A program made the translations under genes and the position numbers. From the IMG/VR virus record IMGVR_UViG_3300028797_000100, positions 99,721 to 163,720 of that record: a DNA stretch of 64,000 nt. One strand, written 5' to 3'. The stretch is from a virus. Lineage: Duplodnaviria; Caudoviricetes. This document shows positions 51,084 to 59,151 of this stretch, in pieces (position 1 is the stretch's first letter; every line of letters starts with the position of its first letter). The notes below the pieces were generated by a model. It ran no database searches, was not told where the DNA came from, and saw only the letters and a program-made list of their open reading frames with translations.

Positions 51084-52029
51084 AAACATCTTGCGCCATA
51101 TAGAAGTGATTCTATATGCAAACCTATTTAATTGCGGGGACTTCGTAAAGTAACGTCGGGAGACGTAGCAGAATATCCGCAGCCAAGTCGTATTTTGTAT
51201 TATCATATAAAGGAGATGATTATATAGAGGAAGAAATATGGAAACCCGTTGAATATGGAACCGTAAGACCTGAGACGTATGAAGTATCAAACTTTGGACG
51301 AATCAGAAATGCTTATACTCACAAATTATTGACCCCATGTGTATCAGAAAAAGGATATTTGATGGTATGTCTTAGATGTGTTGATAGAAATCATAAAACG
51401 ATAAAACTTCATAGGATTGTTGCAACACATTTTGTACCCGGATACACGAAAGAAAAATGTGAGGTTGACCATCTGGACGGTAATAAACTAAATTGTCGTG
51501 CTGATAATTTAGAATGGGTTACACATCTAGAAAATATAAGAAGAGCGTATAAGAATAATTTGGTTCCTATAATGAAAGGTGAACTTAATGGACGAAGCTT
51601 GTTAAAGGATTCTGAAGTTCATGAGATATGTGAGTTGTTGGCAAAACATAACGGGAATTGTCGACTTGTATGGAAGATTGTCAGATTTAAAATAACCTGT
51701 AATATAGGTATGATTCGTGATATAAAGTATAAGAAAACGCATGTTGAAATTTCTGACAAATACTTCTCTAAAGATTCATTTACAAAATACGAAAGGTTCA
51801 ACGACTATCGAAACTAACTCAATCAAATTGATTGGAATAATGGTGAATAACCTAAAGGAGTAGAGTAGCGCCAAGTGGTTCTGGTATGAAGTAATAATTC
51901 AGTAATTCCAGATTAAAGCGAAATGGTAGGGGTCTCGTCAGAGATCGTGATATAGTCTCACCTTCCACTATAACGGTGGAGAAGTTCATAAGAGAACTGT
52001 ACGAATTAACGACTCGTATGAAGACAGTG
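51084..52029 (+). mobile_element. Group I self-splicing intron in the helicase gene
   Basis: The exon ends in U51083, paired to G in P1 (gcgUaa/uuGcgc). P attgcggggac at 51131, Q atccgcagccaag at 51175, R ggttcaacgacta at 51795, S gatatagtc at 51949, P7 gacta/tagtc, terminal G52029. Splicing gives GTA-W-EIHEVADW in frame. Confidence 0.9.
51224..51817 (+). CDS. Intron-encoded NUMOD4-HNH homing endonuclease
   Basis: The frame extends upstream of the track ORF to EIWKPV...YEVSNFGRIR (NUMOD4). Contains LHRIVA..F and EVDHLDGNKLNCRADNLEW..ENIR (HNH). Probable ATA start 8 nt after AAGGAG. Confidence 0.85.
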   Translation: MEEEIWKPVEYGTVRPETYEVSNFGRIRNAYTHKLLTPCVSEKGYLMVCLRCVDRNHKTIKLHRIVATHFVPGYTKEKCEVDHLDGNKLNCRADNLEWVTHLENIRRAYKNNLVPIMKGELNGRSLLKDSEVHEICELLAKHNGNCRLVWKIVRFKITCNIGMIRDIKYKKTHVEISDKYFSKDSFTKYERFNDYRN

Positions 52030-52283
52030 GGGAAATTCATGAGGTTGCTGACTGGATGGCAGTAATGAATATAGAGAACAATGGTGAAGTAAAGTATCTA
52101 ATGATCAAGGCAATCAAACAAAGAGATTTGGATAACAATACGGACAACAGTGTTCAAGCTATACGTCATCCATTCATATCAGTACAATCGTTTGGATTAA
52201 AGGATGATATAATGGAAACGGTAAGTATATCTATTCCAGTATATACGGGAGTGCAAAGAATCAATTATGTGGCTGCCGTATAA
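52030..52283 (+). CDS. DnaB-like helicase, exon 2 (spliced product 496 aa)
   Basis: EIHEVADW...KAIKQR corresponds to DnaB motif H4 and the KxR finger. Confidence 0.85.
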
Positions 52284-52376
52284 TTTATTATTTAAAGACA
52301 TATATAATTCTTGGGATAGAGGTATACATCAGTATACTTCTTCCAAGATTATGTAAATTCAAAAGGAGGATTCAGT

Positions 52377-53024
52377 ATGAACAATATGAATATGCTTGTT
52401 CATCAGTATCAGTCTAGGATTCTCGGACCCGATGAACCCGTAGACTATACAAACATCATCAAATCTGTGTATCCTACAGATGCGATACAGCGCGAACCTT
52501 TCGTAGGTTTCAAAGTATTGTGTACTGATACACAGGCCTTTATGGGTGATCCCAGACAGCGTATGGCATATCTCGATACGCAGATAGGATTCATCAGAAA
52601 TAAGGGTGTTATCATCAGAGAGACCAACACAAATAAACCTGATGGTTTATGGGTAATCTCATTACCTGTTCCAAGATCTCAGATAACTCTCGCTCTGAAT
52701 AATCTCTTCGATGTACTTCGTACACTGGAGAACTATTACGGCATCGTATGCGATGGTTTGTTTGATATCTGTACATCAGGTAGATGTCATGTATCCGAGG
52801 TAGAGAGATCCTTCCAGGGTATTATCATTCCTCAGGATTATATGGCATGCCTTATTCCGACCAACAACATCATGTGCAGTATCGGACAGATCCAGCGTAT
52901 GAATGACATGTTCATGTGTCTCCGTACAAGATGGGATCTGAAGAGTAAGGCAAACAATAACCAAAACGCATACTTTGAGGGTCTGGCGTTGTTAGGTCAG
53001 CTCCTGTCCTCAATGTATCATTAA
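52377..53024 (+). CDS. Hypothetical protein
   Basis: Promoter motif at 52298; RBS aaggagg. Confidence 0.8.
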   Translation: MNNMNMLVHQYQSRILGPDEPVDYTNIIKSVYPTDAIQREPFVGFKVLCTDTQAFMGDPRQRMAYLDTQIGFIRNKGVIIRETNTNKPDGLWVISLPVPRSQITLALNNLFDVLRTLENYYGIVCDGLFDICTSGRCHVSEVERSFQGIIIPQDYMACLIPTNNIMCSIGQIQRMNDMFMCLRTRWDLKSKANNNQNAYFEGLALLGQLLSSMYH

Positions 53025-53046
53025 ATTCACCGAGGAGGAAATATTT

Positions 53047-53811
53047 ATGTACAATCCTGATTATCCTGTTGACGATGGTGCTTCATTCCTTATGCACACT
53101 TATCAGAGACCTCAGCAGACAAGTATGTATTGGAATGGTGGTTACGGCATGATGGGCATGCCGTACAATGATCCATCATCACGCAGAAACTTCAATCCTG
53201 TTAACCCCTTCCAGCAGTGGGGTCAGCAGCAGCCTGTTCAGCCACAGCAGATGACATTCGGTAACAATAACAGCAACGGTGCAATTCCTGAGAATATGGT
53301 TCAGCCTTTCGGCACATATCCTCCGTCTTGTCCTCAGACTCCTCAGATGGGTCTCAACTCACTGATTGATTCTAGAAGAAACATGAACAATCCTGTTCAG
53401 GTATCTCAGAACAATCCTTGGGCAACACCTGCACCACAGCAGCCCACTGCACCTGTACAGCAGAACACAAATCCATTCCAGCCACAGCAGCAGAATCCTT
53501 TCGCAGGATTCGGTTATGTAGATCCGAATTATTATGCAAATAACTTCAGAGTTGACATGGCTACTGCAGCTTTGTATAATAACAATGGAACTAACCTGGA
53601 CAAGAACAATGCTTGGGAGAATTACTTCACACAGTATAGACCTCTCCAGCAGCCACAGAATATCAACTGGAGACCCAATGAGCAGTATCAGCAGAACCCC
53701 TTCGCACTGCAGTCTCCACAGCCATATGCAATGCCTCAGTATCCCGTTCAGCAGTATGCTGTTCCCCAGAACTGGAATGACATTGCTACAAAGAATTGGC
53801 AGAACGTATAA
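53047..53811 (+). CDS. Q/N/P-rich low-complexity (prion-like) protein
   Basis: RBS gaggagg; repeated NPF/NPW; two SRRN motifs. Confidence 0.8.
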   Translation: MYNPDYPVDDGASFLMHTYQRPQQTSMYWNGGYGMMGMPYNDPSSRRNFNPVNPFQQWGQQQPVQPQQMTFGNNNSNGAIPENMVQPFGTYPPSCPQTPQMGLNSLIDSRRNMNNPVQVSQNNPWATPAPQQPTAPVQQNTNPFQPQQQNPFAGFGYVDPNYYANNFRVDMATAALYNNNGTNLDKNNAWENYFTQYRPLQQPQNINWRPNEQYQQNPFALQSPQPYAMPQYPVQQYAVPQNWNDIATKNWQNV

Positions 53812-53822
53812 GGAGAATCATT

Positions 53823-54683
53823 ATGAATGAAGATGTGAGCATTATTGATCGTAAAAGACAATTTCGTTCTCGTCTCAATTCTCTTCCAATAGAGCTCAAA
53901 TGTGAGATTGGTGAGATCCCTCTTCAGAAGGGTCTTAGAGCAACCTCCAGAAAAGAGAAAGTGATTGAGCTTCTAAATAAATATCATATAGATTATATAG
54001 AAATAGGTACTGGTACAAATAGATTCATTATCAAGTATGATGGATATGCTGTAAAGATCGCTCTTGATAGAGAAGGCGTTGCAGATAATATTCAGGAATT
54101 CTCGATATGTGAATCTCTGATGCCAAATGTTGCTTACGCGTACGAGATTAGTAGTGGTGGCCACCTATTGGTGGCCGCTTACTGTCCCGCTTTTACGTCG
54201 CAATCAGAAATGTGGTCTCACAATGCCAAAATCAGAGAGATCCTTGGTGAATGGAGTAAAAGATATTTGTTAGGTGATGTTGGTATGACTGATAGAACCT
54301 TTGCAAATTGGGGACTCGCTCCCGGTGGTAGACCTGTGTGTATTGATTATGCATATATCTTCCCGTCAACAATGGATCAGTTTGAATGTATTTGTGGCAA
54401 TAGACAAATGACATTTGCCAGATCAGATTTCTCAACATATAAGTGTACGGTATGTGGAAAGGAATATGAAGATAGAGAATTGAGAGCTAGAATCTCGAGC
54501 GAAGAAAGAATAAGACTATTCGAAGGTACTAAGGGTATCACGATGACTCAAGAATATGAGATGCATGATGTTGACCTTAAGTATATTAAAATGGATGACA
54601 ATCCTGATATGCCAGATCCATATGATGTAGCCAACACAACAGTTGACCACATTTATGGTAGACCTACATCGGGATGGTTATAA
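53823..54683 (+). CDS. Protein kinase-like protein with C-terminal Zn ribbon
   Basis: IGTGTNR (P-loop), AVKIA, NIQE, GDVG...NWG, CIDYA, CICG...CTVCG. Start ATG 53823 follows aaggag. Confidence 0.75.
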   Translation: MNEDVSIIDRKRQFRSRLNSLPIELKCEIGEIPLQKGLRATSRKEKVIELLNKYHIDYIEIGTGTNRFIIKYDGYAVKIALDREGVADNIQEFSICESLMPNVAYAYEISSGGHLLVAAYCPAFTSQSEMWSHNAKIREILGEWSKRYLLGDVGMTDRTFANWGLAPGGRPVCIDYAYIFPSTMDQFECICGNRQMTFARSDFSTYKCTVCGKEYEDRELRARISSEERIRLFEGTKGITMTQEYEMHDVDLKYIKMDDNPDMPDPYDVANTTVDHIYGRPTSGWL

Positions 54684-54696
54684 AGGAGGAAAGAAA

Positions 54697-55440
54697 ATGA
54701 AATACTGGGACTTATTATTCACAGTGGGTGCTAAGACGTCTGCACCCACTATTGATGAAAAAGTCGCATCCGTAATCAAAGATGCTGCCAGAGAAGCAAT
54801 CCAGGAAATCATTCCAGCACCACAACCAGTAATGGTTGATGAGAATGCTTTAGGTAAGTTAATCGATGATGCTGTTGCAAAGCATGTTCCCGCACAGGTA
54901 GAGGCCAAGCCTGATGTAGAGTTAAATGACAAAGTCAACATGATGATGCAGCTGATGAAGGAACTTGCTGAAAAGGATAACTCTGCTCCAGCCAATTTTG
55001 ATTCATACGCTCTGAATGATGGTGAAATCTCACAGGTACTCACTTGGTTACTTAACTTCCAGGAGAAGTACTTCCCGAATACACCATTATCAGATACACT
55101 CCATCAGGACTTCATGTGGAATATTCCTAAAGAAGTCTATAATGCAGCATATGATGCGGAAGTACTCGGATATCCGGATGCTTTGAATCCGATCTATTGG
55201 TTCTACATGTTCTGTCTGGACTGTCCTCATGATATGATTGGTGAATTTATAATGAATGCTATCAATGGAATATCAGATGAAGACAGTGAAGTCATCGCTT
55301 CTCATGCAAAAGAATACCGTCGTGTATACTTTGATGAGGAAGAAGCTGTGATATCACCCGTTCAACCAGGTGAATCATCAATCGAAGACTTCGACGCAGA
55401 TATATCTGTAGAGACTATCGGAGCTAGTGAAGAAGAATAA
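54697..55440 (+). CDS. Acidic hypothetical protein
   Basis: ATG 54697 follows RBS aaggagg; terminator at 55447-55476. Confidence 0.75.
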   Translation: MKYWDLLFTVGAKTSAPTIDEKVASVIKDAAREAIQEIIPAPQPVMVDENALGKLIDDAVAKHVPAQVEAKPDVELNDKVNMMMQLMKELAEKDNSAPANFDSYALNDGEISQVLTWLLNFQEKYFPNTPLSDTLHQDFMWNIPKEVYNAAYDAEVLGYPDALNPIYWFYMFCLDCPHDMIGEFIMNAINGISDEDSEVIASHAKEYRRVYFDEEEAVISPVQPGESSIEDFDADISVETIGASEEE

Positions 55441-55487
55441 GATTATGTGGGGCATTAGCCCCACTTCTTATTTTTTCTATTTTTCAA

Positions 55488-55499
55488 AAATATATTATT
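55488..55499 (+). promoter_or_regulatory. Phage promoter motif upstream of the pentamer array
   Basis: AAATATATTATT, directly after a terminator. Confidence 0.55.
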
Positions 55500-55612
55500 T
55501 ATATGCTAATCAAAATAAAATGAATTTTATTCATTAAAAATGAAAGGAGAAGTGTTCTCGTGGAACAATAAACCACGTGTTGTCTCCGGTGACTAACATC
55601 ACCGACGTGAGA

Positions 55613-56768
55613 CGTAAAGTATAAATTTAGCTCGACATAACATGTACTGCTTCGTTCTGGTAACGTGGACCGAGGTTTTGTATTGTTCTGTGCTGTTAAG
55701 TGGGGGTCCTGTAGGGCGGTGTCTGGCAATGTAGGGTATAGGTGTGTGTTGTCCGGGTATAGTTGCGGCAATTGCAGTCAGGCTATGGTGATGGCTTTGT
55801 GTCGTGAAGTGTAGATCAGTACAGCTACGCACAGGTTTAGTTCAGTGAGGTTCTGTTTGATCCGGTGCTGGTTAGGTCTGGGACGGTCCGGTTCGGTATG
55901 GCAGGGTATGGTTCAGTCTTGGTATGGCCTGGTAGAGAATGGTACAGTTCTGTCTCGGTATGGTCAGATTAGGTGTCATAAGGTCCTGTTGCGGTAAAGT
56001 TGAGTTGTGCCTTATGAGATACAGTGACGGTACAGCTCGGTTATGTCAGATGGTGTGTGGTTCAGGTAAGGCAAGGCTCGGCTTCGTTGTGGTTCTGTCA
56101 AGTAACACATAGCAATGTTAAGGTGGTTACGGTTTAGCGGGGAGTCGTCAAATGTTGTTTTGGTGTGGTCATGTTTGGTATTATCTCGTAAGGTGCTGGT
56201 GCAGGTTCGTAGTGTGCGGCTTCATCGTGTGTTGGTGTGGTAAGGTTAAGCATGGCTTTGTGATGATCTGTTCGTGCTGTCATGGTATGGTTAAGTTGAC
56301 CAAGGTAATGTTAGGCTCTGTTATGCTCCGGTTGAGTAGGGTAATGATGGCTCGGTACTGGTATGGTCTTGTGCCATATCGCGAGATTAGGTTACGGTGG
56401 AGCTCGGTTAGGCAGGCTGCCGATCGGTAACGCGTGGTTCGGGTTCGGCCAGGTAAAGTTAGTCATGGCTAAGTGATGGTACAGTAGAGCTTAGTGCGGT
56501 GTCGTGTAGTCCCGGTACGGTAGTGGCGTGTTCTGTTGCATGTGGTCGTGTTATGCGTTGGTATGGTAATGTCGGGTTGGGCGCGGCGCGGAGTGTTACG
56601 TGGTGTTACGCGATGGCTTGGTACGGCATTGGAAGGTACAGATTAGCTCTGTGAAGTTATGGTAGGGTTATGTTGTTGATGGTAGCGTTCGATGGCGTTC
56701 TGGTAAAGTGCCGTTCGACTGCGTGCAGTTGAGTTACGTAATGGCAAAGCAGAGTTTTGGTTCTGTGC
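55613..56768 (+). repeat. GGY/NRY-NN pentamer array, probable non-coding (guide-like) RNA
   Basis: G/T-rich and A-poor, with 5-nt periodicity (e.g. ggtaa ggcaa ggctc ggctt). Consecutive 36-nt units start at 55920, 55956, 55992 and 56028. Flanked by hairpins. No credible CDS. Confidence 0.85.
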
Positions 56769-56880
56769 GGGTTTGGTCAACCCGTTGTCAATTATTTAAG
56801 GGGGTGGTGCTTCAAAATAGAATTATCTCAGGTGACAGTTGATTAGCGACGAGAAAATCTATTAAAGGAGTAAAAAGAAA

Positions 56881-57441
56881 ATGGTCAACATCAAAGATTT
56901 AGGAAAAGCCGAGGTGTTAAAGACACTTTGGGAACATTCTCATACACAGGGAATGTCATTCTTGGGGTTACTCGGTCTCGAGAATGGAGTATTTACTATC
57001 GAACATGCAAGAGAATTGGTTGATTCAAACCCACGTCTCTATTTTGATTATGTCGACGGACATGTGATCAAATGTGATCTTAGTGGAGATGAGTTTGATG
57101 AGCGGTTGTATGACCGTGATTGTGGCAAGGGTATGGCTCAGAAAGCCATTGATCATTTAAGAAAGGAGGTAGCTGTAATGGAATCTAAGTATGAAGGCAG
57201 CGTCGTTGAACTTAAGATATCTAGAGCTAAGGACAATGACAAAGTTGCTGAAGCATTCCATAATGCATTTGTCGGCAAAGACTATTACCGCGACAGTAGT
57301 GTCATAATAAATAAAGATCCTGACATTACTACAGGTAATGAGCAATCCAGAATATGTATCTGTGTTGATGAAATAGACGACATCGGCGAGATCATAGACC
57401 TGATTGCTAATACTCTGAAGTCTCTCAAAGACTTAATATGA
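56881..57441 (+). CDS. Hypothetical protein (N-terminal domain with YFDYxxG..K.D and YDRD.G.G motifs)
   Basis: RBS aaaggag. An internal RBS aaggagg before ATG 57178 suggests a two-domain fusion or an internal start. Confidence 0.7.
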   Translation: MVNIKDLGKAEVLKTLWEHSHTQGMSFLGLLGLENGVFTIEHARELVDSNPRLYFDYVDGHVIKCDLSGDEFDERLYDRDCGKGMAQKAIDHLRKEVAVMESKYEGSVVELKISRAKDNDKVAEAFHNAFVGKDYYRDSSVIINKDPDITTGNEQSRICICVDEIDDIGEIIDLIANTLKSLKDLI

Positions 57442-57466
57442 AATACATTATGGAGGTATATGACTT

Positions 57467-57988
57467 ATGAATGAACAGGCACCAGTTTACTTCTACAGCA
57501 AAGATCTTCTTACTCAGATAGCTGATCAGAATATCGATCTTGCTGGTAAGGTATACGGCGTAGTTGCTGAAGTAACAGAATCACTTCAGCATATCTTTGG
57601 AATCGAGCAGGTTCCACTCAATCCAGTGGATATGTTCTTCGAAGCTGTCACCAAGGGTGAAGACGGAGACGTAGTTCTCAGAGTGGATTGGAGAATTTCA
57701 CAGGGTACGGTTACTCTTGTAGCTATTAATCCAGTTGACGGTGCATTACTCGGATCTGCAACGCTCAGACTGGCTTCAAATAGATTTGCAGAGAGCTTTA
57801 ATCGTATTAAGGATACTGACCTCAAGGCAAAGCTTTCACAGTGGTTTGATGGCCTCTCACGTATAGACATCACTACTGTAGCTGAAGTAGGTCACTTCTA
57901 TGAGAAGCATGATGAAGCTCCTGCTGTACCAGCACCGGCACCCTCGGAAGTGCCTCATGTTGACGCAGAATTAGTTTCAGAAGGTTAA
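57467..57988 (+). CDS. Hypothetical protein
   Basis: RBS ggagg; hairpin at 58001-58024. Confidence 0.75.
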   Translation: MNEQAPVYFYSKDLLTQIADQNIDLAGKVYGVVAEVTESLQHIFGIEQVPLNPVDMFFEAVTKGEDGDVVLRVDWRISQGTVTLVAINPVDGALLGSATLRLASNRFAESFNRIKDTDLKAKLSQWFDGLSRIDITTVAEVGHFYEKHDEAPAVPAPAPSEVPHVDAELVSEG

Positions 57989-58057
57989 TCGATAATTATT
58001 ATCACCCCGGGAAACCGGGGTGATTTGATTATATTTATTTTATGGAGGTAAAAGAAT

Positions 58058-58891
58058 ATGTGCGACGAGTACAATCAGAGACCAATTGGTGCATCAGACG
58101 TAGAACAGGTGTGGTTTGAACACCAGAGAAAAGCAAGAGAATCAGCAAGTAATGATATCTACACTAATGGTGGATTACTTGACTCATCTAACAGCATGGG
58201 CTTCCAGGTTTTCCCACCTTATGGAGCTCCAGTAATATCCAGAGACATCCTTGAGAATGAATTCTCATATAGTGAGTTGAAATTCATCAGTAACGCTAGA
58301 CTCCTTGCAATGACAGCTCCTGATGTTGACAAACTCATCTTGTTACTCAAGAGATTCAAGCACTTCCTTGAGGTTAAGGGACTTACTGTGGGACAGGGTA
58401 CATATGGTACTCCCAATTACTTCATTCCACAGTATAACACAAATGTTCAGCCACTCTATGGTTGTCCTATTCCTCAGGATCAGAGAATTCTCAATGCTAA
58501 GTGGGAGAATGATCTGTGGACTAGAAAGTGGGGTAACTTGGGTGAAGAGACAGGATTCGACTTCCCCAAGGATAAGGAAGATGATGACAAGAAGGAAGAA
58601 GAGAAGATGCCTTCATTCCTTGGAAGCGCATGGAATGATCCAGCACCTGTTAGAACAAAGCCAGAGAAACCCTTCAGTCCAGGAACTCTGTTTCCGGAAA
58701 AGATTGGGGAGAAAAAGGACCAGCATAAAAAGACGGTTGTTCTTTCTGCAGAAGGCATATCATCAAATGATGACAGCAGCCTCTCTAAGGTTGTAATTGA
58801 TGGACCTTCAACAGGTATCGCAATCAATGAAAACCCTGTTCCATTAACAGATGAAAAAGACAGTGTTGACAAAGACAATGAAGAAGACTAA
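58058..58891 (+). CDS. Hypothetical protein with disordered C-terminus
   Basis: RBS ggagg. Confidence 0.75.
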   Translation: MCDEYNQRPIGASDVEQVWFEHQRKARESASNDIYTNGGLLDSSNSMGFQVFPPYGAPVISRDILENEFSYSELKFISNARLLAMTAPDVDKLILLLKRFKHFLEVKGLTVGQGTYGTPNYFIPQYNTNVQPLYGCPIPQDQRILNAKWENDLWTRKWGNLGEETGFDFPKDKEDDDKKEEEKMPSFLGSAWNDPAPVRTKPEKPFSPGTLFPEKIGEKKDQHKKTVVLSAEGISSNDDSSLSKVVIDGPSTGIAINENPVPLTDEKDSVDKDNEED

Positions 58892-59150
58892 TGTGCTAAC
58901 TGGATGTGGCCATACCCTTTCTTTGGTATGGCCACGATTCTTCAATCATTCAGAAGAATGTGTACGTTTAGCGAATGATTGTGCAATCGCTTTGGTTGAA
59001 AATAAGATACCTAAGTTATCTATTAATATTAGCTCCCTTTCAGCGAAACTAATTAGTGTAATTCGTGATACGATGAAGAGGTATGACTGTATTGTTGAAA
59101 CTTCTTCTATGTATGAAACGGAAATTCTAACTTTCGAAAGGAAGAAATAA
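58878..59150 (+). CDS. Hypothetical protein
   Basis: Fills a gap in the operon; start uncertain. Confidence 0.5.
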   Translation: MKKTNVLTGCGHTLSLVWPRFFNHSEECVRLANDCAIALVENKIPKLSINISSLSAKLISVIRDTMKRYDCIVETSSMYETEILTFERKK

Positions 59151-59151
59151 T

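Noticed and set aside
51083-51085. Stop-codon readthrough, recoding or pseudogene in the helicase
   Set aside because: The group I intron explains the stop. All other genes read normally in the standard code and all three stop codons are used.
55499-56430. ORFs 55499-55771(-), 55599-55832(-) and 56152-56430(+) in the GT-rich block
   Set aside because: They lack an RBS, and their odd composition (V/G/C/W or T/P/H) follows from the 5-nt periodicity, which is incompatible with codon structure.
55613-56768. Classical CRISPR array or DGR template
   Set aside because: There are no identical direct repeats separated by spacers, and no cas, reverse transcriptase or TR/VR pair in the window.
54697-57441. 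Flanking genes as the Cas7/RAMP-like partner of the array
   Set aside because: Neither flanking protein shows a G-rich loop or RRM-like pattern that I can recognise. A structure search is needed to exclude this fully.
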